The notes under the pieces were generated by a model. That model did no database searches. It saw only the letters and a list, made by a program, of their open reading frames with translations, and was not told the DNA's origin. A stretch of 64,000 nucleotides of DNA from Leidyana gryllorum EB-2025a (lineage: Eukaryota > Protista > Apicomplexa), in NCBI GenBank assembly GCA_048772705.1, contig JBLWGC010000230.1:1662051-1726050 (forward strand), written 5' to 3'. Shown here one piece after another: positions 12,676-23,762 of the stretch; position 1 is the first letter of the stretch, and every line of letters starts with the position of its first letter. The translations under genes were made by a program, and so were the position numbers.

Positions 12676-13077
12676 CGCATGCCGTATGGCGGGGCGCTTC
12701 TACTGGCAAAATCTCATATCAATAGAGCCGTTTGCTGACACCCTCCCTTCGGTCGCCTGCTATTCGACTATACCCAATACACGACCCATCAACTAGTTGT
12801 ACACTGAAACTGACTATATTCATGTCCTAAGAGCACCGCCAACACGCTCGCGCGTGGTGGTTGGCGACTTCCTCGATCACATCCTGGCATGCATCAGTAA
12901 TCTGTGACTCGCGGCAGTTTCTAAGCCGTATTCGAGGCCCTCACCACGTCTTGCGAGGTCGACTTAAGTGTCTGGGGCCCGAAACATGAGCTGGTGGGAC
13001 TTATGGCAACGTGGGCGTGCCACGCAGGCAGTGTGTGTCATGTGTGTCAAGTGTTGCGTCGAGCGCTCATTTCTAAT

Positions 13078-14367
13078 ATGATATCCCTAAGCTTGTTGAC
13101 GGCGGCCGCGCTGATAGGGACCCTGCGAGGTCAGGAACAGTGTCCGGAACAGTTCAGGGACCCCGGAGTACCACTAATTGAGCGTTCCGAACTCAAGGGT
13201 AGACAAGGAGTCGAGAGGTATATCACCCGAGAGGCGTTCGAACTGATGTTCACGGGCCGGCATCATGTTGCGAGTTCATGTCAGGGTGGTATTGAGGGTT
13301 TGAACTACGACGGTTTCGTGAGCGCAGCGAATTTCTACTCGGATTTTGCCAATGGACCCAATGACGAGGTGAATGCTCAGGAAGTGGCTGCATTTCTGGC
13401 CCATGTATCCCAAGAAACGAGTGGAGGCTGGGCTACGGCGCCTTGTGGATCTCACGCTTACGGTTTGTGCTTTATCGAAGAAGTCGGGTGTGAGAAGGGT
13501 TCCTGCACTGGATATGGGAACGATCCCGGATCTGTCTGTGTCAACGCTGGGTATGGTTTCAGCTGTCCAGCAACTCCCGGGAAGACCTACCACGGCCGTG
13601 GACCCATCCAGCTGTCTTATAATTACAATTACGCGCTCTTTTCGCACGATTTCTATGGCGATCATCAGGTGCTGTTGGACAATCCCGAGCGGGTCAGAGA
13701 GTGAGTGAATACAAGTAGGACACTCTTCCTTCATCTGAAAATTGACCATTCGAGCAGTAACAGCACTGTCGCATGGGCTTCCGGTCTCTGGTTTTGGATG
13801 AAGCCGCAGCCCCCGAAGGATTCGTGCCACGAAGTGATGCAGGGAGAGAAGGTTTACGTTCGACCCGGACAAACTGGTGGTTTTGGACTGACCACTCTTA
13901 TCATCAACGGAGGTGTCGAGTGTGGCGGATGTCGCAACGAGTTGGACAAAGTGATGAACCGTATCGCATACTTCCAGCGGTACACTTATTTGATGAACGT
14001 CCCTCTGTGCCGAAGACCCAATGATGTCGTGAAATGCGGTCCAATGATCCAATACCCCTTCAACAACTCCACAGAGTCGTCTTGCAGTGAGTCAATTGGG
14101 GCAAAGAGATATTCAGTGTATTTTGCAGAGGCCGCGGATTACTCATACTGTAAGAAATCCAATATTCAGGATTGCCCCGATCTGGATGGCTCTTATTATG
14201 GGAAGAAGTCTAATGGGAAATGCAAAGGTTGGAAGGGGCGGGACGGTGCGCATGGCACCTTTATGGCCGCAGGTGCCATGACAGTGTTAATCTACGCGTC
14301 CACCTTTCTGAGCTGTGTGGAGACCGGTGACTATATGCGGAGTGAGGAAGAGCACAGTACTGACTGA
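13078..14367 (+). CDS. GH19 chitinase, copy 1 (signal peptide, GH19, Cys-rich module, TM-like segment, acidic tail)
   Basis: FLAHVSQETSGGWATAP, CFIEE, YHGRGPIQLSYNYNY, WFWMKPQPPKDSCH, GFGLTTLIINGGVEC. Two introns; no Gly-rich linker. Confidence 0.93.
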
Positions 14368-14564
14368 GACTCTGGGCGATGCCGTTAGGCCTCCCACCCG
14401 ATTGATGCATGAATTAATTACAAAGTGCAGCATGTCTCGTAGTGATTTGTGTCTCCGTAACTTATGATAGTTAGAGTGGGTCCACTGACGGCCGAGCTTG
14501 CGATGCGGTAGGAAAGCAGAAGGTGTGTGGCGGCGTTCGAGTCGATCTAAGGTCGGTATCTCGT

Positions 14565-14581
14565 GAAAGTGGGTGACGTGC
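14565..14581 (+). promoter_or_regulatory. Conserved 17-bp element GAAAGTG[GT]G[TC][GA]ACGTGC upstream of chitinase copy 2 (also 16233-16249 and 17919-17935)
   Basis: 14 of 17 positions are identical in three otherwise diverged spacers; the element ends 18-28 bp before each ATG. Confidence 0.55.
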
Positions 14582-14602
14582 ATTTCGTGGGGAGTCCCGA
14601 AG

Positions 14603-16137
14603 ATGAGTCAGAGTGCGCTGGTTTTGTCGGTTATTACGGCTTTGCTGTCGGAAGTACCGATCGCAGGTGCCTGGAACAGATGTCCGGATGAATTGGTGGA
14701 CCAGGGGCTTCCTCTGGTGGACCGCACTCAACTGACACACAGACAAGGAGTCGAGCGGTATATAACTCGAGATGTTTGGGAGAAACTGTTCAACGGTCGA
14801 CATTCGGAGCCCAATTGTGCCGACGGGGTCGAAGGATTGGTGTACGACGATTTCGTTGCGGCTACAAAAGATTTCCCAGCCTTTGCCAACGGGCCCGATG
14901 AGCGGACCAACGTCCAAGAGCTTGCTGCTTTCCTGGCAGCTATATCTCAGGAGACCAATGGAGGGTGGGCGACCGCTGGTTGTGGGCCTCAGGCGTACGG
15001 TTTGTGTTACAAACAAGAAATGCATTGTGAATCCGGGTGCCCTCAGTACGGAAACGATCCCGGCTCAGTGTGCACCAATGCTGGGTACCCGTTCGAGTGT
15101 CCAGCCACTCCCGGCCAATCATATCACGGACGCGGACCCATTCAGCTATCGTATCCCTACAATTATGCGTTGTTCTCCCACGAATGGTTCGGGAACTATA
15201 AGATTCTGCTCGACGATCCCAATATGCTCTTGAAGTGAGTGTGTTGAAGCGGTGTCTCCGATCGTTCGTTTTTCTTCATCCCTCCGCAGTAACCGCACAT
15301 TGGGATGGACTTCAGCGCTTTGGTTCTGGATGAAAGTTCAGCCGCCAAAGGATTCATGTCACGAAGTGATGCAGGGAGAGAAGACTTACATTCGGGATGG
15401 CCAGACTGGTGGATTCGGGTTCACTACCCTCATCATCAATGGCGGTGTGGAGTGTAAGGATAAATGTGCAAACGAGTTGGACAAAGTTATGAATCGGATC
15501 GGTTTCTATCAGCGCTACACCTATATGCTGAACGTTCCTTTGTGTCGCAGAGCCATTGATGTGGTGAAATGTGGTCCCATGATCCCATACCCCTTCGACA
15601 ACACCACTTTCAACCCCTGCAGTGAGTCTCAATAATTTCATCTTCTCTGAAGCTTGCCGCCTTTAGACGCTGCTGACTACTCTTATTGTCAACGATCCAA
15701 TCTCGAGAACTGCCCCGACTTGGACGGATCGTACTTTGGAAAGACTTCTGATGGGTCGTGCTCAGGCTGGACCGGCGGCGATGTTCCGCCCGGAAGCGGC
15801 TCCGGAGGTATGAAACGGACAATTCGTCCGCAGTCACCGTTCCAAACGCTCTGTGTTCCAAACAGGTACTGATGTGACGACTACTGCCCCCGGTGGTGGT
15901 GGTGTCGGCACCACTTATCCAGGAGGCGGCGGGGTCGGAACGACTTTCCCGGGAGGTGGGGTCGGAACGAGTCATCCTGGTGGCGGTGTTGGGAGTGAAG
16001 AGTCGGGTGTCCGTGGCACCTTTATAGCCGCCGGCGCTGTGACTGCTTTCATCTACGCCTCGACCTTTCTGAGTGTTGGTGGCCGTCAGATGGAGGATCG
16101 AGAAGACGAGGATTCTGACTCGTCAGATATTGAGTGA
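14603..16137 (+). CDS. GH19 chitinase, copy 2 (Gly/Thr-rich PGGGGVGTT linker, TM-like segment, acidic tail)
   Basis: ISQETNGGW, CYKQE, YHGRGPIQLSYPYNY, IINGGVEC. Three introns, the first two at positions shared with copy 1. Confidence 0.93.
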
Positions 16138-16267
16138 TCTTTTTGATATTTGAAATTGGACAGGAGCAATTGTTGCGTTGTATAATGCCCTCTCGGGACA
16201 CTACAGTCTCCATCTACAGCCAGTTGTGTATGGAAAGTGTGCAACGTGCACTGCGTGGGGGTTCAGA

Positions 16268-17767
16268 ATGAATCGGAAGGTCTTGATCTTGTCTGCAGTC
16301 GTCCAGGCAGTGAGCGGAGTCTCGCGAGGGGCATCGAGCCTATCGCGGACTGAGGAGTGGAACAAATGTCCTGACGAGTTGGTCGATGAAGGAATGCCTC
16401 TGGTCGACCGCGCTCAATTGGCTCACAGGCAAGGCGTGGAGCGATACATCACAGAAGAGATCTGGCACAAACTGTTCAACGGTCGCAAAGCACAGACCGA
16501 ATGCAAAGGTGGAATTGAGGAATTGCTATACGAGGATTTCGTCGCAGCTTCACGCTGGTTCCCTGACTTTGCCAATGGAGCCGATGAGCGCACCAATGTG
16601 CAGGAATTGGCCGGGTTCTTGGCGGCTATATCTCAAGAGACTAACGGCGGATGGGGCGGCGCGCCTTGCGGAGCTCAGGCGTACGGGTTGTGTTACGTAC
16701 AAGAAGTCGGTTGTGAGACCGGCAACTGCCAAGATTACGGCCGCTTCCCCGGTACTATCTGCACCGACAGTGGATACGGCTTCGAGTGTCCAGCCACACC
16801 CGGGCAGACTTATCACGGACGCGGACCCATTCAGCTGTCTTATACTTTCAATTACGCATTATTCTCCCACCAATGGTTTGGAAACCATCATATATTACTC
16901 GACCATCCCGATATGCTCTTAACGTGAGTGTCCCAAATCAAGGGCGTGTCGCTCGCAATCACTCAACAGAAATCGCACATTGGGTTGGGCTTCCGCCTTT
17001 TGGTTCTGGATGACGCCACAGCCTCCCAAAGACTCCTGTCATGAGGTAATGCAAGGCTACAAACATTATGTGCGTCCTGGACAAACTGGTGGTTTCGGAC
17101 TGACCACTCTTATCATCAACGGTGGTGTCGAGTGTGGTACATGTGCCAACGAGATGGACAAAGTTCTGAACCGTATCGCATACTATCAGCGGTACACCTA
17201 CATGTTGAACGTCCCTCTGTGCCGAAAACCCAATGATGTCGTCAAATGCGGCCCAATGCTCCAATACCCCTTCAACAACTCCACAGAGTCGTCTTGCAGT
17301 GAGTCCCATTTCGTCGCTCCTCCCCCTCATCACAGCTGCAGACGCTGCTGACTACTCTTATTGTCAACGATCCAACCTCGAAACCTGCCCAGATCTGGAT
17401 GGCTCGTACTTTGGAAAGAAATCCGACGGTTCTTGCTCGGGCTGGACTGGCAGCGACGTCCCTCCGGGAAGCGGCGGGTCTGTAGGTAAGACACATCGAA
17501 TCACTAACGTCGCACCGACAAACTCCATTTGCAGTTCCAACCACTGCACCGGGGGGCGGGGGTGGATTTACCACCTTCCCCGGAGGTGGAGGTGGAGTCT
17601 GGACTACAGGCGGGGTTGGTGATAACGGTAACGGAGAAGACGGTGTTCGGGGAACTTTCCTGGCCGCTGGCGCCGTCACGGCCTTCATTTACGCTTCAAC
17701 TCTCCTCACCTTAGATGGCCGTCATACGGAGGAGGAAGAAGAAGAGTTTTATGATGCTCAGGAATAA
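16268..17767 (+). CDS. GH19 chitinase, copy 3 (Gly-rich linker, TM-like segment, tail ending EEEEEEFYDAQE)
   Basis: ISQETNGGW, CYVQE, YHGRGPIQLSYTFNY, WFWMTPQPPKDSCH. Three introns; TAA at 17765-17767. Confidence 0.93.
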
Positions 17768-17963
17768 GAGAACTCTTGAGTCTCTCCATGGACACAATTA
17801 CAAAATGGCCTAAGCCACGCTGCTCGGCGTCTCAAAAGCCGCGAGAGCGTGGAATGGGCAGCAATGATCGAGTGTAACGGCACCTTGACGCGACCGCTAC
17901 GTATTTGCGGATACAACTGAAAGTGTGTAACGTGCGTTACGTGTGTGTGTGTGTGTATTCGGG

Positions 17964-19430
17964 ATGAGTCGGAAAGCGCTCTTGTTCTCTGCTGCCACAG
18001 CTTTGGTATCGGCGATACCAATAGCACGTGACTGGAACAAATGTCCGGATGACTTGGCTGATCTCGGACAGCCGATGATCGATCACAAGAAGCTGGCCAA
18101 TCGTAAGGGCGTCGAGCGCTACATCACTGCTGGAGTGTGGGAGAAGATGTTCAACGCTCGCCATTCGCTTGCAGCATGCCAAGATGGAATTGAGGGGTTG
18201 CTGTATCAAGATTTCGTTACAGCCACAAAATGGTTCCCTGAATTTGCCAATGGTGATAATCATGCTGTCAATGCTCAAGAGGTGGCGGGTTTCCTAGCCG
18301 CTATATCTCAAGAGACTAGTGGCGGCTGGGCTACTGCTCCCTGCGGTCCTCACGCTTATGGTTTGTGCTTCAAACAGGAAGTTGGCTGCGAGAAGGGTGC
18401 GTGTACCGGATATGGGGGTACTCCAGGATCTGTTTGCACCGACGCTGGTTACGGCTTCGAGTGTCCAGCCACGCCCGGGAAGACTTATCACGGACGCGGA
18501 CCCATTCAGCTCTCCTACACCTACAATTACGCTCTGTTCTCCCACCAATGGTTTGGGGACCATACGGTGTTGCTTAAGGATCCCGATATGCTCTTAACGT
18601 GAGTGTCCTGAATTGGCGTGTCTCCCAGCCTGTCTCGGCAGTAATCGCACACTCGGATGGGCCTCTGCTCTTTGGTTCTGGATGACCCCTCAGCCACCGA
18701 AAGACTCGTGTCACGAAGTTATGCAAGGGATCAAGTCGTATGTTCGTCCCGGACAGACTGGCGGCTTTGGGATGACTACTCTTATCATCAACGGAGGTGT
18801 GGAGTGTGGTGGTTGTGAGACGGAATTGGACAAAGTGATGAACCGTATCGCATACTACCAGCGCTACACCTACATGTTGAACGTCCCTCTGTGCCGGAAA
18901 CCCAATGATGTCGTCAAATGCGGTCCGATGCAACAATATCCTTTCGCCAACACCACTCAGTCAAGCTGCGGTGAGTTTTCGCAATTCAATTCCGTCTTGT
19001 TTGACCAAGGACTTCAGCTGCCGCCGACTACTCTTATTGTGAGCGTTCGAATGTCGAAACGTGCCCAGATTTGGATGGATCATATTACGGAAAAACGTCC
19101 GAAGGGAGGTGCAATGGCTGGACTGGGGGAGAAATCATTGAGGTACCGGATCCTGTAGGTAGGTATTTGTTCATAGTCGTTTCCTTCCCGCTACATTAAA
19201 ATTCAGGCTATCCCTCGAGTTCATCAGCGACGTCGACCCTCGCGATGGCGGCCACGTTACTGACATTGGCCGTCTATGCGGAAAGTCTATGGGGAGCTGA
19301 CAATTCCCTCCAGCCAGATGGTACTGAAGGATTCCCATATGTGAATCCCTGCGACGCACAGGAGCTCATCAGCAAATCGCTATTTGCGCTCAGCTTGGCG
19401 GCTTCACTCATCCTCGTGTTCGTCTTCTGA
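17964..19430 (+). CDS. GH19 chitinase, copy 4 (different C-terminus ending in a hydrophobic, GPI-signal-like stretch)
   Basis: ISQETSGGWATAPCG, CFKQE, YHGRGPIQLSYTYNY. The last exon reads ...SKSLFALSLAASLILVFVF*. Confidence 0.9.
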
Positions 19431-19434
19431 AGCT

Positions 19435-21271
19435 TCAACCTCTTCCGTTAACGAACAGATGCAATGCGTCCATCGTAGATCTGTGTGTGCGTGTCGACAG
19501 TGTACTTTCTTCGTGGTCGTCATCAAACTCACTCTGGAAGCTCCAACACAAACTTCTTCCGTTTCACACCATCGCGAACCTGAAGGTGAGATGACCCATT
19601 GAAAGTAAGGGTTGGGACACCCACTTCGATGTTGACATTGCCCGTGTTCCGGAGCGCGGTGCGGAAGTCGCCCCACTGTTTGATATCAGTCATTTTCACG
19701 GCCTCATATTCGAGTTTGTGTGTCGTCCTCCAATTTGCATTCGCAGCATTATTGAAAGCCATTCGCAGTAAATCGCGCAATCCACTATGATTTTTGACCG
19801 CATCGATCACAATCTCAGCCAACTTCTCAAGTTCATCTTCAACTGCATTGTCGGCCGCGACATCCCGTACGTGGGCCTTGTCCTCCATGGTGTCGTCCTC
19901 AACAGTCTGGAACAAACCGAACCACGCCTTGGAGGTGATCGCGCTTATCGATGAGTTCACGATGGGCACTGTGAATCGTTCCTGTGTCTCTGCGTGGACT
20001 CGCTCCTCAAAGAAGTGCAGATTCAGTTCCTCGCTGTTGGGGCAGAATTGGTGATGATAGCAATAATACGGCTCCACCCACCGATGGTCCAGCAGCGTGT
20101 GGATGTGTGGACAAATAACCGCATTAGTGTCCTTAGACACTCCCCACATATCCAAAAGACTTTCGAATCTGAGATCGTCGAATGTACAGAGCAAATGCAA
20201 CTTGTTGGGAAACTCTCTGTGGAGAGGCAGCAGAATGTCAGATATGAAACTGCTGACACACGGCGTATCGGCCGAATGTATAACACACAGTATCCTCGTG
20301 GGATTCGACTCAATGCCTTGGCGTAGGCTCTGCCGATAAGGTGACGTCACTTCTCAAAGTCAACTCCCCCATACCTCGAGCATTCGCGCTGGCGAGGTGA
20401 CCGTTGTGATCTCAGGTGTATTGTGGATCACGAGATTCCGCAACTGTACCGCGATCGAGCGAGGATGAAAGTGAGTGTGGAAGGGAAACGCTTGGACTAT
20501 GTGGTCGATCAGATGAGGAGTCGAAGGTCTGTTGACGCAATGCTTTTCAATTAATCAGCGCGGCAGCCATCCTCACTTGGCAGAAACCTTCCGACGCCCT
20601 TTTGCTTTGGGGGCACTGAGACTGCATCGGCGGCATCGGGCAGATAAGGAGCTCCACTCACGGTGGACCGAAGGTAGAATTCAATAGATCCCGCACAAAG
20701 AGCAGTTTCGAGCCGATGCCTCCCAGATACACAGGACGGTGTTCAGTCAGTTTCAGTCTGATGAAACTGTGGAGCTGGCGGAGAGCTTTGAAACGCTGGC
20801 AATCACATTGAGGTGACAGTGGTGTCGTCGCATTCGCACGAGTACCTGAACGGCCGCGTCCAATGTTAACACTGGTAGCGCCAGTCGAAAGTCGTCAGAC
20901 GACATTTCATGGCGTCGATCACCGCGGTCACTCTGAGTCTCAGAGTCATAGCCGTAACCGAGACTCCGCTTCAAACTCTCAAACTGACCGAAGTCAACAG
21001 TAGACACGCGGACCCCAGCTCACTGGACGTTTCACTTTCGTGTTGCGATGAAACTGTGCAACCTCCTTGGCAATAACTGCATCGCAACGGACACTCTTAA
21101 GTGTGTTGACAATGTCTAGAGGCACTGTAAAGCACGAGTACAGATGAGGGCCACTTGCCGTTCAAGTTGGTCTACCGATCAAACACATTAAACACTCATC
21201 CTTATTCAACCAATTACCGAGTAGCTATCGTCAATGGCACGTACATCGTCCAGACACTGACTTAAATCCAT
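19435..21271 (-). CDS. Origin recognition complex subunit 2-like, multi-exon
   Basis: The spliced product contains HRPVYLGGIGSKLLFVRDLL (cf. ORC2 LLYG.GSK..LL..F), LCVIHSAD and LHLLCTFDD, and a winged-helix-like C-terminus. The model includes a 13-nt microexon and a GC-AG intron. Confidence 0.6.
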
Positions 21272-21286
21272 AGCTTTTTTAGACTC

Positions 21287-23689
21287 ATGGCTTCCAGTCG
21301 GTTAGGTCCGGGACTGGGCGACTTGGAGAAGCTCTATGGTAGAAGCATCACCACTACCAAACTCCAAAGCCGCCTGTCCGTTGGCGAGATAGCTTTGTGT
21401 GTCATACTGGGCACCACTGCTGAACTGAGTATCCTAGAATCGTATCGAGCGGCCCTCTTCACCGCGCTACTATGTGCTGTCAGCGTCTTGGGACTCCTCA
21501 GAGTCAAACGCTTCCGAGGAATATTACCTGTGAAGATATTCTACATGGACTATCCTGTTATAAGCGTGAGGCTATAACGGAAAAATGTCGTCCATGATCG
21601 GCCTTTCAGCTGGTCAGCTTTGGAAACAAGCGACTGATATCATCAGGAGGGGGCGGCGGACTGGCATATGGCGTTGAAGACACCACCCGCGTGATGGAAA
21701 TACACAATGGGGATTCCCAACCTCTGTAGGTACTCGTCGCTTTGTATCTCTGTTGCTTAACCAGCTCCATAGCCGTATGTTGCGCCATCTGTACATTTGT
21801 TCGTGTGCGTGCGAGTGTGTCTATAGTAGCGTGTCCTTTGGTGTGTCTCCGGCCGGGCCGGTTTCCCAGCGATGTAATCAGAGCGTCGGATCGTAGGTCT
21901 GGAATTCCGGTCAACCTATTTACCGAGTACAATTCCGAATGCGACAAAACTCGAGCTAACGAGTTGTCGCATACCGAGCTCTTGCTGGGAGAAGGTCTGC
22001 CCATGGCCTTGCTATGGGGCATGTCATCGAGTCCTGCGGTGGGTTCACAGGATGTACGACAACTCCCTACCGTTGATGCTTCTCTTCTCCCAGCGCCATC
22101 TATTCGCGGGAGGTTTGGACGGAGATCTGTTCATCGCTCGGCAGAAGGGGTCACAGAGCCAGTGAGTGAGAGTGCCAAAGGATCAGTGACACTCAGCAGC
22201 ATTGTCCTCCAGTAACCCCATAGAAACAGTATTAAGACATTCTATTGTTGATCGCTCAAATCCGACCAAGAAATCCCAAATAGTCGTAAGTAATGCGTGT
22301 GCCAAATCGAGTGTTCACTCACTACCCTGTGTTTGAGCGTGCTGGACTTCAATTGTGTGGCTGTAGAACCGCACCGCTTTCTCAAAGTCCGGACGTTTGC
22401 TGGCGATGTCGGCTGAGAACGGAGTGGTTCGAGTGTATGCCATCAACCCCTTCGCTCATGAAGAGGAGCCTCATGACGCTGCTGATCGCGACCTCAAGTT
22501 TTCTTGGGAGACATTGAAGACTCATGCGTTGCCTGAACAGTGTCCAGTTGTGCTGCTGGGGTCAGCCACCCTCTCCGATGGTATTGCCGTACAAGTGGCC
22601 ATCACTGATGACGAAAAATGGGTGAGGCGATGGGCAGACGGAGGCGACACACATTGGTCTCGCCATACAGGTCATCGTGCTTACAACAAATGGGCTGTTG
22701 ACATTCTACAGAGTGCCAGCGTTCATCGAAACTGACGAGAACGTGGCTTCGCAGTACGTGAAGGTCCCAACCAAACATCACTGGGGTGGCCCAAGATTCA
22801 TATTAAGTAGTCGCAAAGGTACGTTGGTTGGCAGGCAATCAGTGAGTTGAAGTTATGGCAGAATTGGAGCCGGCCAGCTCCGAGCGTTTCCCTGTAGATC
22901 AGATATTCGTCACGAAAACGTTCCTGTGAGTGCCCGAAGCATTTGGCATACGACAGCTGTCTGCAGATTACACTCCGAAGGGAATGAAACGCTAATCCAC
23001 GCCATTGGGTCATACCGGCCAGCTAAGTGGAGAGATCGTTTCACCTGGGGCTGCTTCAAATTGTAGGCGGCTGACTCTTGTGAGATGGTTCAAATCGCAC
23101 CACCTTTGCAGTAACATTGACTTCAATGGGCCCAAGCCCACCATCCGCCAACAGACTACGAAAGGTCGAACATTACCGCTTCTGTGCGTTACCACCGCTT
23201 GCATCAGCGAAAACGGTGAAATGATGGCAGTGGTATCAAATGACGAATTCCTTGTCCTTCGCACCTCGTAAGTGATCAAGACTGATTTGTGGTGTCATTA
23301 CTGCTTGACACAAACAGTGATCATCGGACTATATACCGCATCTGTCGAGGCCCGATCGGCACTCCAGTCGATTCGCTACCGTCAACCTGCTGCGCATTCG
23401 TCAATGGGTAGGTTGGACCGGACCGCGAGAGTTACACACTCCTTTTCTGTGTTCCAGTGATGCCTCTTTGGCAGTTGGTTGTGGCGATTTTACGATTGCT
23501 GTGGCGGTACTGCAGGCAACGAGGCCGTACAGCTGGCTGTCGAGACTGCGCCAAGTGTTCGCTGGCATCTATACTTACCCTCTACGGTTTCTACTGCGCG
23601 TATTCAAGGGTCTAATTGTGGTTTTGAGTACTTGTTTGGTCACCTATTTGATGGTGTGGCCTTATCGCAGGATGGAATCGGTCATGTAG
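21287..23689 (+). CDS. SEC12/PREB-like WD40 protein with C-terminal TM, multi-exon
   Basis: YPVIS|[24 protein letters not shown] (Sec12 GGGG..GV loop), WD repeats ([22 protein letters not shown]; [15 protein letters not shown]), C-terminal hydrophobic helix. Confidence 0.65.
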
Positions 23690-23762
23690 CCGAAATGTCT
23701 GTCTGTCAAGTCTGTCTGCCAGTCAATCAATCCCGAGTAGCGGAAAAAAATTTTCACTAACC

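Noticed and set aside
13695-13760. Recurrent TGA/TAA interruptions in the chitinases and other genes as an alternative genetic code or pseudogenes
   Set aside because: The stops are part of GTGAGT/GTAAGT donor sites of phase-compatible short introns.
19435-19830. Separate COMM-domain-like gene starting at MEDKAH
   Set aside because: It is in frame with upstream ORC2-like motifs and is better explained as that protein's C-terminal domain.
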